A stretch of 64,000 bases of DNA from Octopus vulgaris (lineage: Eukaryota): contig OX597814.1 in the NCBI GenBank assembly GCA_951406725.2, forward strand, positions 198,772,001 to 198,836,000. Reading direction: 5' to 3'. A program made the position numbers and the translations under genes. Each line of letters opens with the position of its first letter. Position 1 is the stretch's first letter. Under the pieces are notes generated by a model, which saw only the letters and a program-made list of their open reading frames with translations, made no database searches and had not been told where the DNA came from. This document shows, piece by piece, positions 42,788 through 56,596 of the stretch.

Positions 42788-44062
42788 TTAGGTTGTCAAG
42801 AAAGTTCTTGAGGTTTTTAACCTTTAAATTCAGATGCACATATCTCGGCTCAAACAAAACTTTATTAATCGAAATATACACCATCAGAATCAACACGCTG
42901 TTGCCAACGCGAAACGCGTTTATTTATGCCAGTAGAGTAAAAATCCTGCGTTCTGATGGCGATGATGTCGTTGAAGACGTGTTTCGCAGTCTTGGTTTTT
43001 GAAGCATTTCTCATGCAGGAAGTTGTCGAAATGCTTGAAAAAGTGGTAGTCGGTAGGCGCGAGGTCTGGTGAATATGGCGGATGAGGCAGAGTTTCGTAG
43101 CCCAATTCGTTCAACTTCTGCAGGGTCAGTTGAGCGACGTGCGGCCGAGCGTTGTCATAGAGAAGAATTGGTCCTTTCCTATTGACCAATGCTGGCTGTA
43201 GGAGTTTCTTATGCATTTCATGTATTTACTGACTGTACTTCTCCACTATAATGGTTTCGCCTGGATCCAAAAAGCTGTGATGGATGAGACCGGCCGCAGA
43301 TCACCAAACAGTCACCATGACCTTCTTTTCGAGCAACTTTGGCTTCGGGAAGTGTCGTGGAACTTCGTCAGCGTCCAACCTCTGAGCTGAGCGCCGCCGG
43401 TTGTCGCAAAGAATCCACTTTTCATCGCAAGTCACAATCCGGTCGATAAACGAGTCGTTCTTGTTGCGTAAAAGAAGGGAAGACGACACTTTAAAACAAC
43501 GTTTTTTTTTTTGCTTGTCGTTCAGTTCGTGCGGCACCCATTTCTCAAGTATTTTTCTTCCAATCTCTTTCAAGCGGTTGAAAATTGTCGTATACGTTAC
43601 GTCTAATTCAGAAGCAAGCTCTCGAACAGATGTGCGTGGATTAGCTTCCACCAAGGCTTTTAGTTGATCGTTGTCAACATCCGATGTCCGACCACTGCGC
43701 TTATTATCTTCAAGACTCTCGTCACCGTTACCAAATTACTTGAATCACCATTGTGCTGTACGTTCATTGGTGGTTCCCGAGCCAAACCCATCGTTGATAT
43801 TGCGAGCTGTTTTAGAAGCTTTTCGGCCTAGCTTGTACTGGAATAAGAAAATTGAGCGAATTTGCTTTTTGTCCATGTATTCAACATTCCGGAAAAATGG
43901 CCTAATTATTCAAAAAGAAAAAGAGTAATGCGATTAGATAGAGCGAAAGACGGGCTTTAAAATGATATATAAAGTCTGAAGTAATATAACGAAAATTAAT
44001 TTGAAAATACATCATTTAAAACCAAAGTGAAACATTCCGCAAGAACTTTCTTGACAACCTAA
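42788..44062 (-). mobile_element. mariner transposon (Hsmar1/cecropia-like), near full length
   Basis: TIRs TTAGGTTGTCAAGAAAGTTCTTG at both ends with TA TSDs. Confidence 0.93.
42865..43876 (-). pseudogene. mariner DD34D transposase pseudogene
   Basis: MDKKQIRSIFLFQYKLGRKA..., WVPHEL, TCDEKW, YDNARPH and YSPDLAPTDY motifs; stops, frameshifts and a small deletion. Confidence 0.92.
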
Positions 44063-44435
44063 TACCTACTCTAAAGTCTGTAGGATTTTGCTGTGGAGGT
44101 TTTTCTGTATGATATGTTCGCCGTGAAAGTTCATTAAAGGAAAAGAAGAGGAGTCCTTATTCTCGAAATGAGTTGCATTGGAGTTTCCAAAATACAAAAT
44201 ATGACACCAAATAACATAATTTCTGCTTTATATACGAACTTGTAAATACCAGTATGACATAGTATATAGCATAGGTTCCTTTTAATGATATTTTCCAATG
44301 CAAAACAATTATAAACGACTTTCAACCCTGCAAGTGACAATGTGTCAATTTTTGTTTCTAAATTGCAGCCGTGATTCCGGAGGACAAGAATCGAAAACTA
44401 ATTTTTGCGAACACAAGAACTGTTCGCATATCTAA

Positions 44436-44518
<83 letters not shown>

Positions 44519-44689
44519 AGCACACACACACACGCACACACATATTACATATATAAATATATATATATGCTATATATGCAATTATATACACCTATATACG
44601 TGTATATGTTCATATACATATATATCTGCAGACATACATCTACACTGTCTTAGGTGTTCAATCATAAACATGCACACACATCTAACTAT

Positions 44690-45315
44690 ACGCATATATA
44701 CATACATACACACGCACGCACGCACACACACGCACACATACATACACACACATACATACACACACATACATACACACACACACATACACACATATGGATA
44801 CACACGCATACATACACACACATGCATACACACGCATACATACACACACATACACACATACACACACATACACACACATACACACACCTACCCACGCACA
44901 TACACACACATGCATACACACACATACATACACACACATACATACACACACATACATACACACACATACATACACACACATACACACACATACACACACA
45001 TGCACACACATACACACACATACACACACATACACACACATACCCACGCACATACACACACATGCATACACACACATACATACACACACATACATACACA
45101 CACATACACACACACATACACACACATACACACACATGCATACACACACATACATACACACACATGCATACACACACATACATACACACACATACATACA
45201 CACACATACATAAACACATACACACACATGCATACACACACATACATACACACACATACACACACATACATACACACACATCCATACACACACGTATATA
45301 TGCACACACACATAT
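44690..45315. repeat. Compound (CA)/(TACA)/(TGCA) microsatellite
   Basis: Direct reading. Confidence 0.97.
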
Positions 45316-45939
45316 ACGTATATGCGTCTCGAGATGCATATCTTGTTTAATTAGTCACAGATTCGTGCTTACTTTCCAGTTTTCTAAGGTGATGCATTTT
45401 CATCGATTTCATTGATTCCTCTCATACTTATTTTTAGTGGATTGTACATAATTTCCTACGAATGCATACATACATACACACATACATACATTCATACACA
45501 CATATCTGCGTGCGCGCGCGTGTGTGTTTGTGTGCACGTGTTATTTGATTAGCTCATGATCTGCGTTGACGTTTCAGATTTTTTTTAGTGTGATGTACGT
45601 CGATCGATTTCCTTAATTCGGCTAATTCCGTTTTTCGACACTTGCGTATAATTTGCAATCGGAACAGGTAAATATCAAGCTGGATATGCTATTGCATTAT
45701 GCTAGCCATGTATACTATCAGTCACACCAACACGAGCAAGGTGTTTATACGGTCACCTGGCTTGCTAATCACAATATTATATGTACTTTAAATCTAGCAT
45801 TGCATTTCTAAAACATGAAAGTGACTTCGGTAGCATTTATCATATTATTGATTTGTTATGAATAAAGATGCTCTGATCACGGCCGTCGTATGATCACCGA
45901 ATCTCTTGAAACAAACGTTATTCATGTCACTTTTATAGG

Positions 45940-46400
45940 GTTGGAAGTGGACACTTGTAGCAAGATCGTTTACACGGGAATGGAATCCAGAACGTCAGGG
46001 TAGAAATGGCTGGGTATATTCATTAGTAGAGGCCCTTTGCAAGGTTAAGGGGAGGATGAGTGGTGAACAAGTGGGATGAGTAAGAGCGGGGACTGCACCA
46101 GCTCAGCCAAGCAGGTTCCATGGATCATTTCTACCACTGTGGTAGAAATAATAGAAATCAGCCAAGGAAGAGTTTAAGGAAACAACTCTTCCGTCAGCTA
46201 GAGATGTGAGTGTTGGTGAGTGTCAAGATCTAATCATTCAAGAAGCGTTTCTTTGTAGAGTGCAGAAGCGGAATTTCCCTAATATGTATGAGCAGTATTG
46301 CATTGTGGGTCCAATGAAAGGTTTGTAGAGGCTTAGGGTCTACGTGAAACTTGGAAAAATGTTTTCGAGGCCATATGCATGTCATTGTTATTAAAGATTA
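45940..46400 (-). pseudogene. Decayed LINE RT C-terminal region (L2/Jockey-like)
   Basis: LYKPFIGPTMQYCS...LQRNAS*MIR...LTSLADGRVVSL pattern. Confidence 0.5.
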
Positions 46401-46487
46401 AATTCCACTTTGAAATATTTGATTCCGGATTCCTCGAGTAAAAGTGAAAACAGAAAATATATTCTCCTGTAAATATGCATCATTTGT

Positions 46488-46677
46488 CTTTTCCTTGTTT
46501 CAGTCATTGTGCCTATGTTAGCGCAATATTTTTCAGAATTTTTAGTCGAATGAATCGACCCCGTACTTATTTTTTTAAACCTGGTACTTATCCTATCGGT
46601 CTTTCTTGCCGAACTGTTAAGTTACAAGGACGTAAACACACCAGCACCGGTGGTGGTGGGGATACACAGATACAAAG

Positions 46678-46731
<54 letters not shown>

Positions 46732-46890
46732 TGGGCTTCTTTCACTCTTCGTCTACGAAATCCACTCACAAGGCTTTGGTCAGCCCGAGGATAAAGTAGA
46801 AGACACTCGACCAAGGTGTCACGCAGTGGGATTGAACCCGGAATCATGTCACTGGTAGGCAAGCTTCTTACCACACAGCCATGCCTGCAT
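46488..46890 (-). mobile_element. SINE family C
   Basis: Reverse complement match, internal (CA)n. Confidence 0.88.
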
Positions 46891-47319
46891 CTGATGCAAA
46901 TATATTCTATTTAACAAATAAAATTAGTTGAGAAAATTAAAAAGACGAAAGGTAGATTGAGCCCATAAGGGAGTAGTTCTGCTTAGAAGTTGAAGTCCTA
47001 GGTCAAAATACCAGCTCCCTTTTCTGGTGCCAAATGCCGACATAATTCTAGATATGTTCTACCTGAACACTTTTCATAATAAATGTATTTCTGTTGAGAT
47101 AATTTGGTCTAAAGGAATATCTTAATTCTATCAGACCTTATAAGTCTTTCAAAATATTGAGCTTCTTTGAAGAATCATGAGGATTCTATAATTTTTCAAA
47201 ACAGGATTTATTAAAGTACCTACATGTTCTAACTACATGCCTTTTAGACGAAAATAAACCAATACTGATTGTACGATTTATTGAGACCAATTCGTAGACT
47301 GAATTTTTTGTCTATTTAT

Positions 47320-47621
47320 GCGCCCTTTTCAAGCCTAGCCAGGCTCATGGGCCCGGTTTCCCGGTTTCTATGGCGTATGTATCCCCCACCCAGCTGGATG
47401 GGACGCCAGTCCATCGCAGCGTTACTCATGAAATATGGCGAAAGAGTGAGAGAAAGTTGGGGCGAAAGAGTACAACAGGGATCTCCCCACCCCTGCCGGA
47501 GCCTCGTGCAGCTTTAGGTGTTTTCGCTCAATAAACACACACAACGCCCGGTTTGGGAATCGAAACTGCGATCCTCCGACCACGAGTCCGCTGCCTTAAC
47601 CACTGGGTCATTGCGCCTTCC
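47320..47621 (-). mobile_element. SINE family A, alternative-tail form
   Basis: Matches 23714-24015. Confidence 0.9.
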
Positions 47622-47805
47622 GTAGACAGGATTGGTAAGGTTATTATTATATAATTTGGCCGAAATATTTCCTTCAATACATTCTACTGCAAATACGTAA
47701 AATATTCAAGAAGCTTAGCATGTAATATGGCCCACATATGCAATGATATTCACGCTTGCCCCCATGTGTGCTTCGGCATATGAATATTGGTATGCATATA
47801 TATAT

Positions 47806-47844
<39 letters not shown>

Positions 47845-48975
47845 TTGGATTCATATATACATGCATGTGTGCATCCATCCACTAACAGATACATACATAA
47901 TAGATTTCTTTTCGATGCTGTCTAACGTCGTCTTGTTTTTATCATTGAAACCAGCACTGTCTTCATCGGTTGGAAATTCGGAAAGTAAAACCAGGAAAAC
48001 ACACACACACACACACACACACGAAGCCATATAACAGGAAGATGGGTTAAGAGATGCGTGATCCGTTCTTTCTCGGAAAATAATGGAGTGTAATACAATT
48101 ATAAAAAAATTGCTTGTAAATCTATTAACGGCGAAGAATGTGTAAGAATTCATGTTTACTACTTTTGAAGATTAGCGTGGAGTATGTGGTATACATTAAT
48201 GTATTCTGTTTATTGATTTCCACGAACGAATGTTAGATTAAGAAATGCTCCAGGACCTGAATAGAAAGAGAGATATATACTTTTGATTTAGGTAGTTGTA
48301 TGACAACCAGGGAGAACTGGAAAGAAAGGGAGAGGCCACAAAACTGATAAATAGTTTCGTATAGTTGTGAATTAATCATGAAAGGTAAATAACTGTATTT
48401 ATTGATTTTCCCGATTTAGTGCAACATAAATGTATCATCGATTTCACAGTTTCATGGCATTCTCTTAAAGGAATATGTAGGTGTACAGGATGTAATGTCT
48501 TCCGAGAGCATGAGATGAAATGCAAAAGGTTTGCTCCAAAGGGAGTGTCAATTCCATAGATTTTGTTGGTAGTACAGGATAGATTTGATATATTTCTAGG
48601 TTACAGAGATATCATCGCTTAAAAGGTATAAAGAGATGTAAATGTTTAGATGTTGCTTAGCATTTACTGTAAACGGAAGTAAAGTAATTAGGTACTTATT
48701 TATCTTATTTTGTAGAATGATATTTAGTTCAAATAAGTGAATGTATATTGAGTTGAGTTCAGTAATATTTGCTGTAAGCAAACAAACTCTCAAGAGTGCT
48801 TTTATTGCTAGGGCATAGCGTATATTTTAATCTGTTGAAAGCTTCGCGTTCATTTCAAAATTATATAAGTGGAGACTTTAACCTTTTAATCTACAGCTTG
48901 AAAGAGCCAGTGGGACGAAAATTATAAATAACTGTCGCTTTTTTCTAAGATACAAATAAAACATATGGACATATA

Positions 48976-49098
48976 GGAGGGGTGTATGAAAAGTTTTGAG
49001 CCTTCAAGGCCATTGACCCTTGAAGTTTTGTATCTTCATCAGAAGTCTTGTACCATGTTTTGTTTCTTTGAGGCTCAAGAATTTTCATACACCCCTCG
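48976..49098. mobile_element. Tc1/mariner-type MITE, 123 bp
   Basis: ~27-bp TIRs GAGGGGTGTATGAAAA..TTGAGCCT with TA on both sides. Confidence 0.8.
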
Positions 49099-49475
49099 TA
49101 TATTATGTGTATGTGTATAAAACTTTGGTAAAACTTAGATATGTTTCGACCAAAGGTTGGTCCAGGCCATGTCTAACTTAATAACATCACCTGATAGGAT
49201 TATCTAAATCCTTTTTAAGTCAAGTTTTGTCGCAGTGTACCTATATGTTGTGATCCTCAATTGTGTGTGTGTATTTGTGTATCTGTGTTTGTCCTCCCAT
49301 CATCGCTTAATAACCGATGTTGGTGCGTTTACCATAACCTAGCGGTTCGACAAAAGAGCCGATAGAATAAATACTAAGCTTACTAAGAGTAAGTACTGGG
49401 GTAGATTTGTTCACAAAAGGCAGTGCGATAGCATGGCCGCAGTGAAATGACTGAAACAAATAGAAGAAATAAAAG

Positions 49476-49509
<34 letters not shown>

Positions 49510-50322
49510 TATAAATAAAAGGGGCAGGCAACAGGTTGCTTGGCCGCATACCGAAAAAATTAGAAATGGCAGTTCCTACCGTTAATGGTTATATTTACAT
49601 GCCGAAATCTATCAGTAAATAATTGTTGGTTTTTTTAAAAACCATTAAAGAAATTATTTACTCTTATTATTATTTTAAGTCCCGGGGTCGATTTGCTCGA
49701 GTAAAGGTGGTGCTCCAGCATGGCCGCAGTCAAATGACTGAAACAAGTACAAAAAAAATCTCTCTATATATATATACCAGAGTAAACACATAAATGTGAA
49801 ACAAGGTGGAAAAAATAGTACAGTTTTTGTGATGTCTTAACAGCTTTATCAATAAAGTATATATACATATATATATAACGCATATATATATATATATATA
49901 TGTGTGTGTTTGTGTGTGTGTGTGTGTGTATGTGTGTGTATGTGGTAGACTCATTAACTGACAGCGCCTTTGAATTCATTTATGTACAGTATTGTCTTTA
50001 TCTTCATGAGAAAAGATTGACAAGGATTTTAATGCTTCACTGTTAGAATGTACGCTGTGGCTAACAACAGCCTCTGTTCTTCTTCCTTTAAATAGCTTAT
50101 ACTTTATTTCGCGTTGTAACTCTGCTTTCCTTCTATTTTTGTCTCATTCCTTCCTAGTTTATCTCAAATTCTCTTCCTCTTGTTCCCTCTTCAACGTTTC
50201 TTTTTCCCAGTACTTTCTTCTTACGTAGGAGCATGTATGAACAATCTTCAGTTCCCCATCATTGTCGGATATAAGTTAATTTCTAATGTGATAAGGATGA
50301 AGAAACAATTTTCGTTTTCACC

Positions 50323-50353
50323 CCCCGAAGAAGGACCCTACCCGAAACGACGG
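50323..50353 (+). ncRNA. Degenerate minimal hammerhead-like motif
   Basis: CC-CCGAAGA-A-GG...CC-GAAA-CG-AC-GG; U16.1 lost. Confidence 0.3.
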
Positions 50354-50949
50354 ATAATCAGCACACTAGCTTGAGAAAGTAACAAATAAAGTTTATGCCA
50401 ATACAGACGACTACGTACATAGCGTATGACTGAGAACTGGCAAAGCAAGTGATCACAACCTTGTAATGACCACAATAGCAATTAAGCTGAGATAGATCAA
50501 AAAGATGCAAAATGTAAGAATAATTATATGATGTAGAAAACTCTAAAGACTCGAGCATAACAGGAAATTCTAAAGCACAGATAAGAATAATATTTATTTT
50601 ATTATCATTATTCGATACAAGTGTCCGAGAGTTAACGTGAGTTATTGGGGAAATAGCTACACCAAAAAGTCATTACAGATCCTCGATAAAATAAAAAAAG
50701 CAAAATTCCACGGATAAATACAAAAAAACAAAATCACTTTTGAAGAAGGAGGCCCTCTGGAATAGAATCAATATGGAAACTAAAGCAACAGGAATGGAAT
50801 ATAAATTGGATAGCAGGGAAGTATAAAAGGATGAAACCTGAGCAGCAAATGACACGAGGGTTAATGAAAAGTGTGAAGAAATAAAAAGAAGTCATGGAGC
50901 AAATAACTCAAGAAAAATCGTACGAAATGGTTAAAGTTCTAACCGAATA

Positions 50950-51392
50950 ATGGGTGCCTAAATGTCAGGTATTTGAAGATAAATATGGCAGCTTACGAGC
51001 CAAAGCGAGGGACGTAACTGATAGATAGAAGGAATAATGTGAGGAATTTTACAGCCACAAAGCAGAAGCAGATAGCAATGTGCTAAAACAATTAAGGATT
51101 AAAATTCCTATTGCAAGAGAAAGAAATCACTTCAGAAGTGACGCAGGCAATTAAGAAAGTATAATGTAATAAATCATCTGAATCAGGAAACATAAACGCA
51201 AAACTGATAAAGAGCCATGATGAATATTTTACTGAGATTCTTTGTAAAATTTGTAATAATATTTTTCATATTAGAGAATGGCTCAGCAAATGGACAAAAT
51301 CGATTGTTATACCATCACTGTGCAAAAAAGAGAAACACCAAAATATCCAAATAGCCGTACATTTATTTTAATTCACCTTTCAAGTAAGGCTT
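50950..51392 (+). pseudogene. Decayed RTE-clade LINE RT N-terminal region
   Basis: SEVTQAIKKV*CNKSSESGNINAKLIK...LCKICNNIF..EWLSKWTKSIVIP...NSRTFILI. Confidence 0.72.
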
Positions 51393-52903
51393 TCTATAAT
51401 ACATACTAGATACATACTATGGTACATACTAAATATATACTATGATACATACTAAACCATGAGATACTTTCCAAGAAGGACGGAATATTAAATGGTTCAA
51501 ATTGCATTAGAGAAGTACTTCTGGATCTTTACCTTTTGACCTACAGATTTAAAAAATGATTTTTTGTAACTAAACACTTTCAAACTTCGGACATTGGTAG
51601 AATGTGTCATATAAAACATCTTTTACTCTTAGTATTTTTGAGAAAAAACTTATATTTACGAAGTTATTTCACGTTAAAGTTCTCGTATTTCGGTAATTTC
51701 AAGCAATCAATGACGGTAAAGATCTGTACTTCTTATATCGACACTATTGCGCCCATATTCGACAAGAAAAGATCCCGTAATGTCAGCGAATACCTTCACA
51801 CAAATTCATTGACTCTGAAAAACGTTTCACTCTCTGAGTCATGAGGCATTATAGCATTTAAGGGCAAAACACACAATCATTATACCAACAGTAACTATAA
51901 CAAGGTTATCATATAAACTTGCAAACATCCTGGCTCCCCTTTAATATTCAAGAATTGGTTTAAACCATCGGTTGGAGTCTGATGAGCACTTTCATTCACA
52001 AAATGTTTTTAGTGTGTTTTTAAAGTACATAACGGCTGAAACATTTGAATATTTTGAGCGAAATATTTTATTAGAAATTACAAAGACTAGTTTCTCCATT
52101 TTATATGTGTTGTCTAGATGAAATTTCTACAAATCTGAGGTGCTGGGATTTCAAATTAAACTTCCCCTTCTACTTCGAACATAAATTGTTCAGAATGGGT
52201 TCTCGTTAATTTGATTTGATATGAAAATGATGCTGCACTAATAAATACATGACAAACATTGATTTACTATGACATACGCCTTGAAAGTGTAGGATGCAAA
52301 TAAGAGCTGTAAAATAAAAAAAAACAAGCAAGATAATATCTAGTTAAGGCATGGAAGGAAACCTAATTGAAATAGTTGAGAAAATGTTGAATGAATTTGA
52401 TGCATTTAAGTATATGGGAAGAGTAGAGCGGCGGAGAATATAAATTTGAATAAAGAAGTAGGCGCTGTCGCAGCTGTGCAGTAAGAAGCTGGCTTCTCAA
52501 CTACATGGTTTTCAATTCAGTTCCACTGCGTGGAACCTTAAGCAAGTGTCTTCTGCTTTAGCCTCGGGCCGACCATTAACCATGTGAGTGGATTTGGTAG
52601 ACGGAAACTGAAAGAAGCTCATCGTATATATATATATATATATATAATAATATACAGCATGTGTGTATATATATTTTATTTTTATTTTTTGTTTTTTGTT
52701 TTTTAAAATTAGATTCTTCATCTTTAAATATGAGAACTTTAATACTAGGTTTCTTTATATTCAATTGTTTATAGAGGTTATTTTAGTTCTTGATTATATA
52801 GATTATATATATATATTTTTTCATTGATAAATTTATATTATTTATAGTTTTAGTCATTTTAAATTTATATCTTAAAAATATTGATTATTTTTAGATCTGA
52901 AAT

Positions 52904-52937
52904 CCACCTTTGAAGAGACACGAAACAATTGTAGTGG
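52904..52937 (+). ncRNA. Minimal hammerhead-like motif with 1-bp stem II and two extra U in the core
   Basis: CCAC-CUUUGAAGA-G aca C-GAAA-CAAUUG-UA-GUGG; palindromic ACAAUUGU. Confidence 0.55.
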
Positions 52938-53031
52938 CGAATTTAATTTTATTTAATTTATATTAAATTTTTTTATGTATTGGATTAAGTCTTTCTTTGT
53001 TTGATTTGCAAAATAGTGGTTTTGTCTCTAA

Positions 53032-53080
<49 letters not shown>

Positions 53081-53182
53081 ATCCAAACAAGAAAACAAAA
53101 AAAAACAAAAAAACACAGCAACGCGAGGACGTGAAACAAATAAAGTATTATTGGACGCTCAGGAAAGAAGGGAAGAAGGAGG

Positions 53183-53217
53183 GTTTAACGTTTCGAGCGG
53201 AGCTCTTCGTTGGAAAC
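53183..53217 (-). ncRNA. Minimal hammerhead-like motif, core CCAACGA-A
   Basis: GUUU-CCAACGAA-GAGC ucc GCUC-GAAA-CG-UU-AAAC. Confidence 0.5.
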
Positions 53218-53274
53218 ATAGGAGAAGGAAAGATCCCGAGAAGGGAAGACAGAAGAAAAAAATCGCCAGCGGTA

Positions 53275-53343
<69 letters not shown>

Positions 53344-53627
53344 CCTTAAAATCCTTAAAAATGTTTTAATGAGGGTGATGAATTGAATATTAATTTAATT
53401 AATATCAATATTTAAAACTTGTAGCCTAGTATATAGAAAAATATGAAAATTCAGAAAAATTGTAATACATGCGTATAATAGGGATAACCACAAAGTGGAC
53501 ATCCAGTATGCTAGAAGAAGATCACCTACGATCTAACTACAAAGAAAAGAATGTTCTCTAGAGAAATTCAGCAAACACTAGAACATAAGCCAGTAAGAAA
53601 TATGAAAATATACAAAATACAGAGTTT

Positions 53628-53697
53628 ATCGTAGAACGGTTTCGCCATCACCGATAATTACTTACGTAATTCTCGTCTGTGGACTCTTCAGTGCGAT
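53628..53697 (-). ncRNA. Type I hammerhead motif (left arm)
   Basis: Mirror of 53958-54027; GUAA tetraloop. Confidence 0.7.
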
Positions 53698-53957
53698 CGT
53701 TCCAATTCAATTTAATTTGTAGAACTATACACTAGTTGTCTTTATAAAATCAGACGTGTGTATAGTTCTACCGATTACATTGGGATTATTTTCAAATGTC
53801 TAAGTTCTGGCGCGCTAAATTTCGGGAAACAGTTCCGCAGTAGATAATTCACTTCAGTTAATGTTGCCGGCTAGAGAGCATAATTAGAACTATACACACG
53901 TCTGATTTTATAAGGACAACTAGTGTATAGTCCTACAAATTATATTGAATTGGAACG

Positions 53958-54027
53958 ATCGCACTGAAGAGTCCACAGACGAGAATTACGCAAGTAATTA
54001 TCGGTGATGGCGAAACCGTTCTACGAT
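53958..54027 (+). ncRNA. Type I hammerhead motif with extended stem II (right arm)
   Basis: AUCGCA-CUGAAGA-stem II capped AAUUAC gcaa GUAAUU-GAAA-CCG-UUC-UACGAU; one mismatch each in stems I and III. Confidence 0.7.
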
Positions 54028-54524
54028 AAACTCTGTATTTTGTATATTTTCATCTGTCTTACCGGCTTATGTTCTAGTGTTTGCTGAATTTCTCTAGAGA
54101 ACATTCTTTTCTTTGTAGTTAGATAGTAGGTGATCTTCTAGCATACTGGATGTCCACTTTGTGGTTATCCCTATTATACGCATGTATATATATATATATA
54201 TATATATATTGAAAAATACAAAACGCGTCTTAATATGCACGCATAACCAACTTTTATATTTTTACATATTACATTACTGTACATAAATCCCCTACTAAAC
54301 AAGGTCCCTTTTTTAAAACCTGCCTCCCTTCTGTACACATATTTATTCCCCACCCAAAACCTAAACAGTTATCTCCCTTACACACAACAATAACAATAAT
54401 AACAACCAAATACCTCCCTTTACTTGTCAACTTGTAAAATCATTCACTCGTGAATTTCATTACGAACAACATGGATCAAATTTCTTCTTAAGAAAAAATA
54501 TATATTCATATAAATTAAACATTA

Positions 54525-54557
54525 TATCAGGAATAGCGATTGCGAAACCGGTCGATA
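54525..54557 (+). ncRNA. Hammerhead scaffold with substituted 5' core (AGGAAUA)
   Basis: UAUC-AGGAAUA-GC gauu GC-GAAA-CCGG-UC-GAUA; all three stems intact. Confidence 0.45.
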
Positions 54558-54677
54558 CATTAAAAATTATATTATAACCATGTAAGTGTGCGTATTTTCA
54601 TTTTTTAATTTCTTATATACATTACAATCCACCACATGGGGACAATCCGAAATTCCTCTTTTCTGTTACTACTACTA

Positions 54678-54733
<56 letters not shown>

Positions 54734-54762
54734 TATATAATATATATAATATATAATATATA

Positions 54763-54829
<67 letters not shown>

Positions 54830-54860
54830 CGGGAAGCTTTATGAAAATAGACAAAAGACA

Positions 54861-55251
54861 AAATTAGAGATAAAACCTCTATTAGGCAAATCAAACAATG
54901 ATAAACTTAAGCCAATACATAAAATTAATTAATTTATATTATTTTAAATACATATCAAAAGTATTAAAAGTTTAATAAAAGATAATGAGTAAAACACTAC
55001 GATCGTTTCATGGCTGTCCAATTCTTAATAATTCGAGTTATGGTTACAGTCAATCTTCAGGTAATTGAAATATTTATCTTAGCGAGGTTTAATTAATTTT
55101 ATGAATTGGCTTAAGTTTTTCATTGTTTTATTTGCCTAATAGTGGTTTTATCTCTAATTTAATATAATATAATATTTTACTATAAAATTGGATTCAATCC
55201 TAAATCTGATTTTTCCCTGTAAGTTTGGATTTATTCCCTAATATTTTATTA

Positions 55252-55255
<4 letters not shown>
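54861..55255 (-). mobile_element. Fold-back element (arms 54861-54932 and 55089-55160) with a hammerhead in the loop
   Basis: Inverted arms; arm homologous to ~52965-53035. Confidence 0.78.
54992..55066 (-). ncRNA. Type I hammerhead motif
   Basis: AAUUAC-CUGAAGA-extended stem II-GAAA-CGAUCG-UA-GUGUUU; palindromic ACGAUCGU. Confidence 0.72.
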
Positions 55256-55301
<46 letters not shown>

Positions 55302-56100
55302 CATACATGTGTGTGTGTGTTTGTCCCCCATACCGTGTAACAAACGGTGTTGATGTGCTTACGTTTCTGTAAGTTAGTGATTCGGGGAAAAGGGGGACCG
55401 ATAGGATAAGTAACATGCTTTTAAAAATAAGTACTGGGGTCGATTCTATCGGCGAAAATTTCTGTAAGTAGGTATCCCGGCATAGCTGCAGTCTAATGAC
55501 TGAAAAAGTAAGAGGAAAAAATAATAAAAGACAAAAAAAAATGGAAAATGTCAGATTATATTAGTTGTAACAGGTTTTGCCAAAATAGGTTTTGTTTGGA
55601 AAATGGTAAAACAAAGATTAAAAGAAAAAAGCAACCACAATAGGAATTTCAACAGAAGTCTTCTACAGATATTATACTTTGGAAAAATGGCCATACATTT
55701 CATCAATCGCAATATTTTGAACATAAATTCGCAATGTATCTCTTTTTGCAAGCACAGATATAAATATTTCCTTGCAAGATATAAAATATCGCAAAACTGA
55801 CCAAACATTAAATCTTAGAAACGTTTTTCTTATATCAAAGAGAAAGTGAGTGAGAGAGAGAGAGAGGTGGGGAGAGATAAGAAAAAACAATGCGAATGAG
55901 AAAAAAAAACTACAGAAAGAAGAGAAAACACGAAACTGAAAGTCATAGGATTACTTAACATTATTTCTGATACATAAAAAAAAGTTGATATATTCTTTAT
56001 ATGGAATGTGAGATATCTTTTTATAACATTTCATTTCCAAAAAGCCGTAATCGTTTCCGTGCCTTCAGCGTCTGAGATCATGGATATACTAAGCTGCAGC

Positions 56101-56172
<72 letters not shown>

Positions 56173-56596
56173 ATAACAGGCTTCCTAGCGGGATCAAATA
56201 AACTTTATCATTTCCCCACCAACCATGTTACGAATTACACGACAATGTTACAAATTCCTGCTCCTTCGTAATTGGCAATATTAATTTATGTTGAAAATCG
56301 TAGCAGTTAATTCATTGATAATTATATCCACAAGGTTATTTCTCATTGCTAATATCGCATCGATTTTCAAAGCCTTGCGATATTAGACGTTACTGTGCGT
56401 ATTATGAAATATTCATATATGTACTTTAACTTGTCTTACCAGGCTAATTAATTGACCAATTATCTTGAAGAGAAAGAAATTGAATCGTGGTATACAAACA
56501 GAAAAATAGCATGACAAATAGATTTAAACACCTCATTTGTATGAAAGAGAATGGGATAAACAGGCAGTTTGTAGTGGCAATTTTTAACAAGGCAAA

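Larger units (their letters stand above)
53341..54186. mobile_element. Large fold-back PLE-derived element (arms ~53466-53770 and ~53885-54186)
   Basis: ~300-bp near-identical inverted arms, each with a hammerhead; (TA)n on both sides. Confidence 0.88.
52460..55515 (+). mobile_element. SINE family C split by a ~2.7-kb stack of insertions in its microsatellite
   Basis: 5' half ~52460-52625 and 3' half ~55315-55515, same orientation. Confidence 0.7.

Noticed and set aside
51535-51715. Possible DNA transposon/Helitron fragment
   Set aside because: Looks repeat-like, but no termini or second copy in the window to support a call
51975-52050. CTGATGA...GAAACATTTG as a hammerhead
   Set aside because: No UH cleavage site and no convincing stem I; at most a decayed relic
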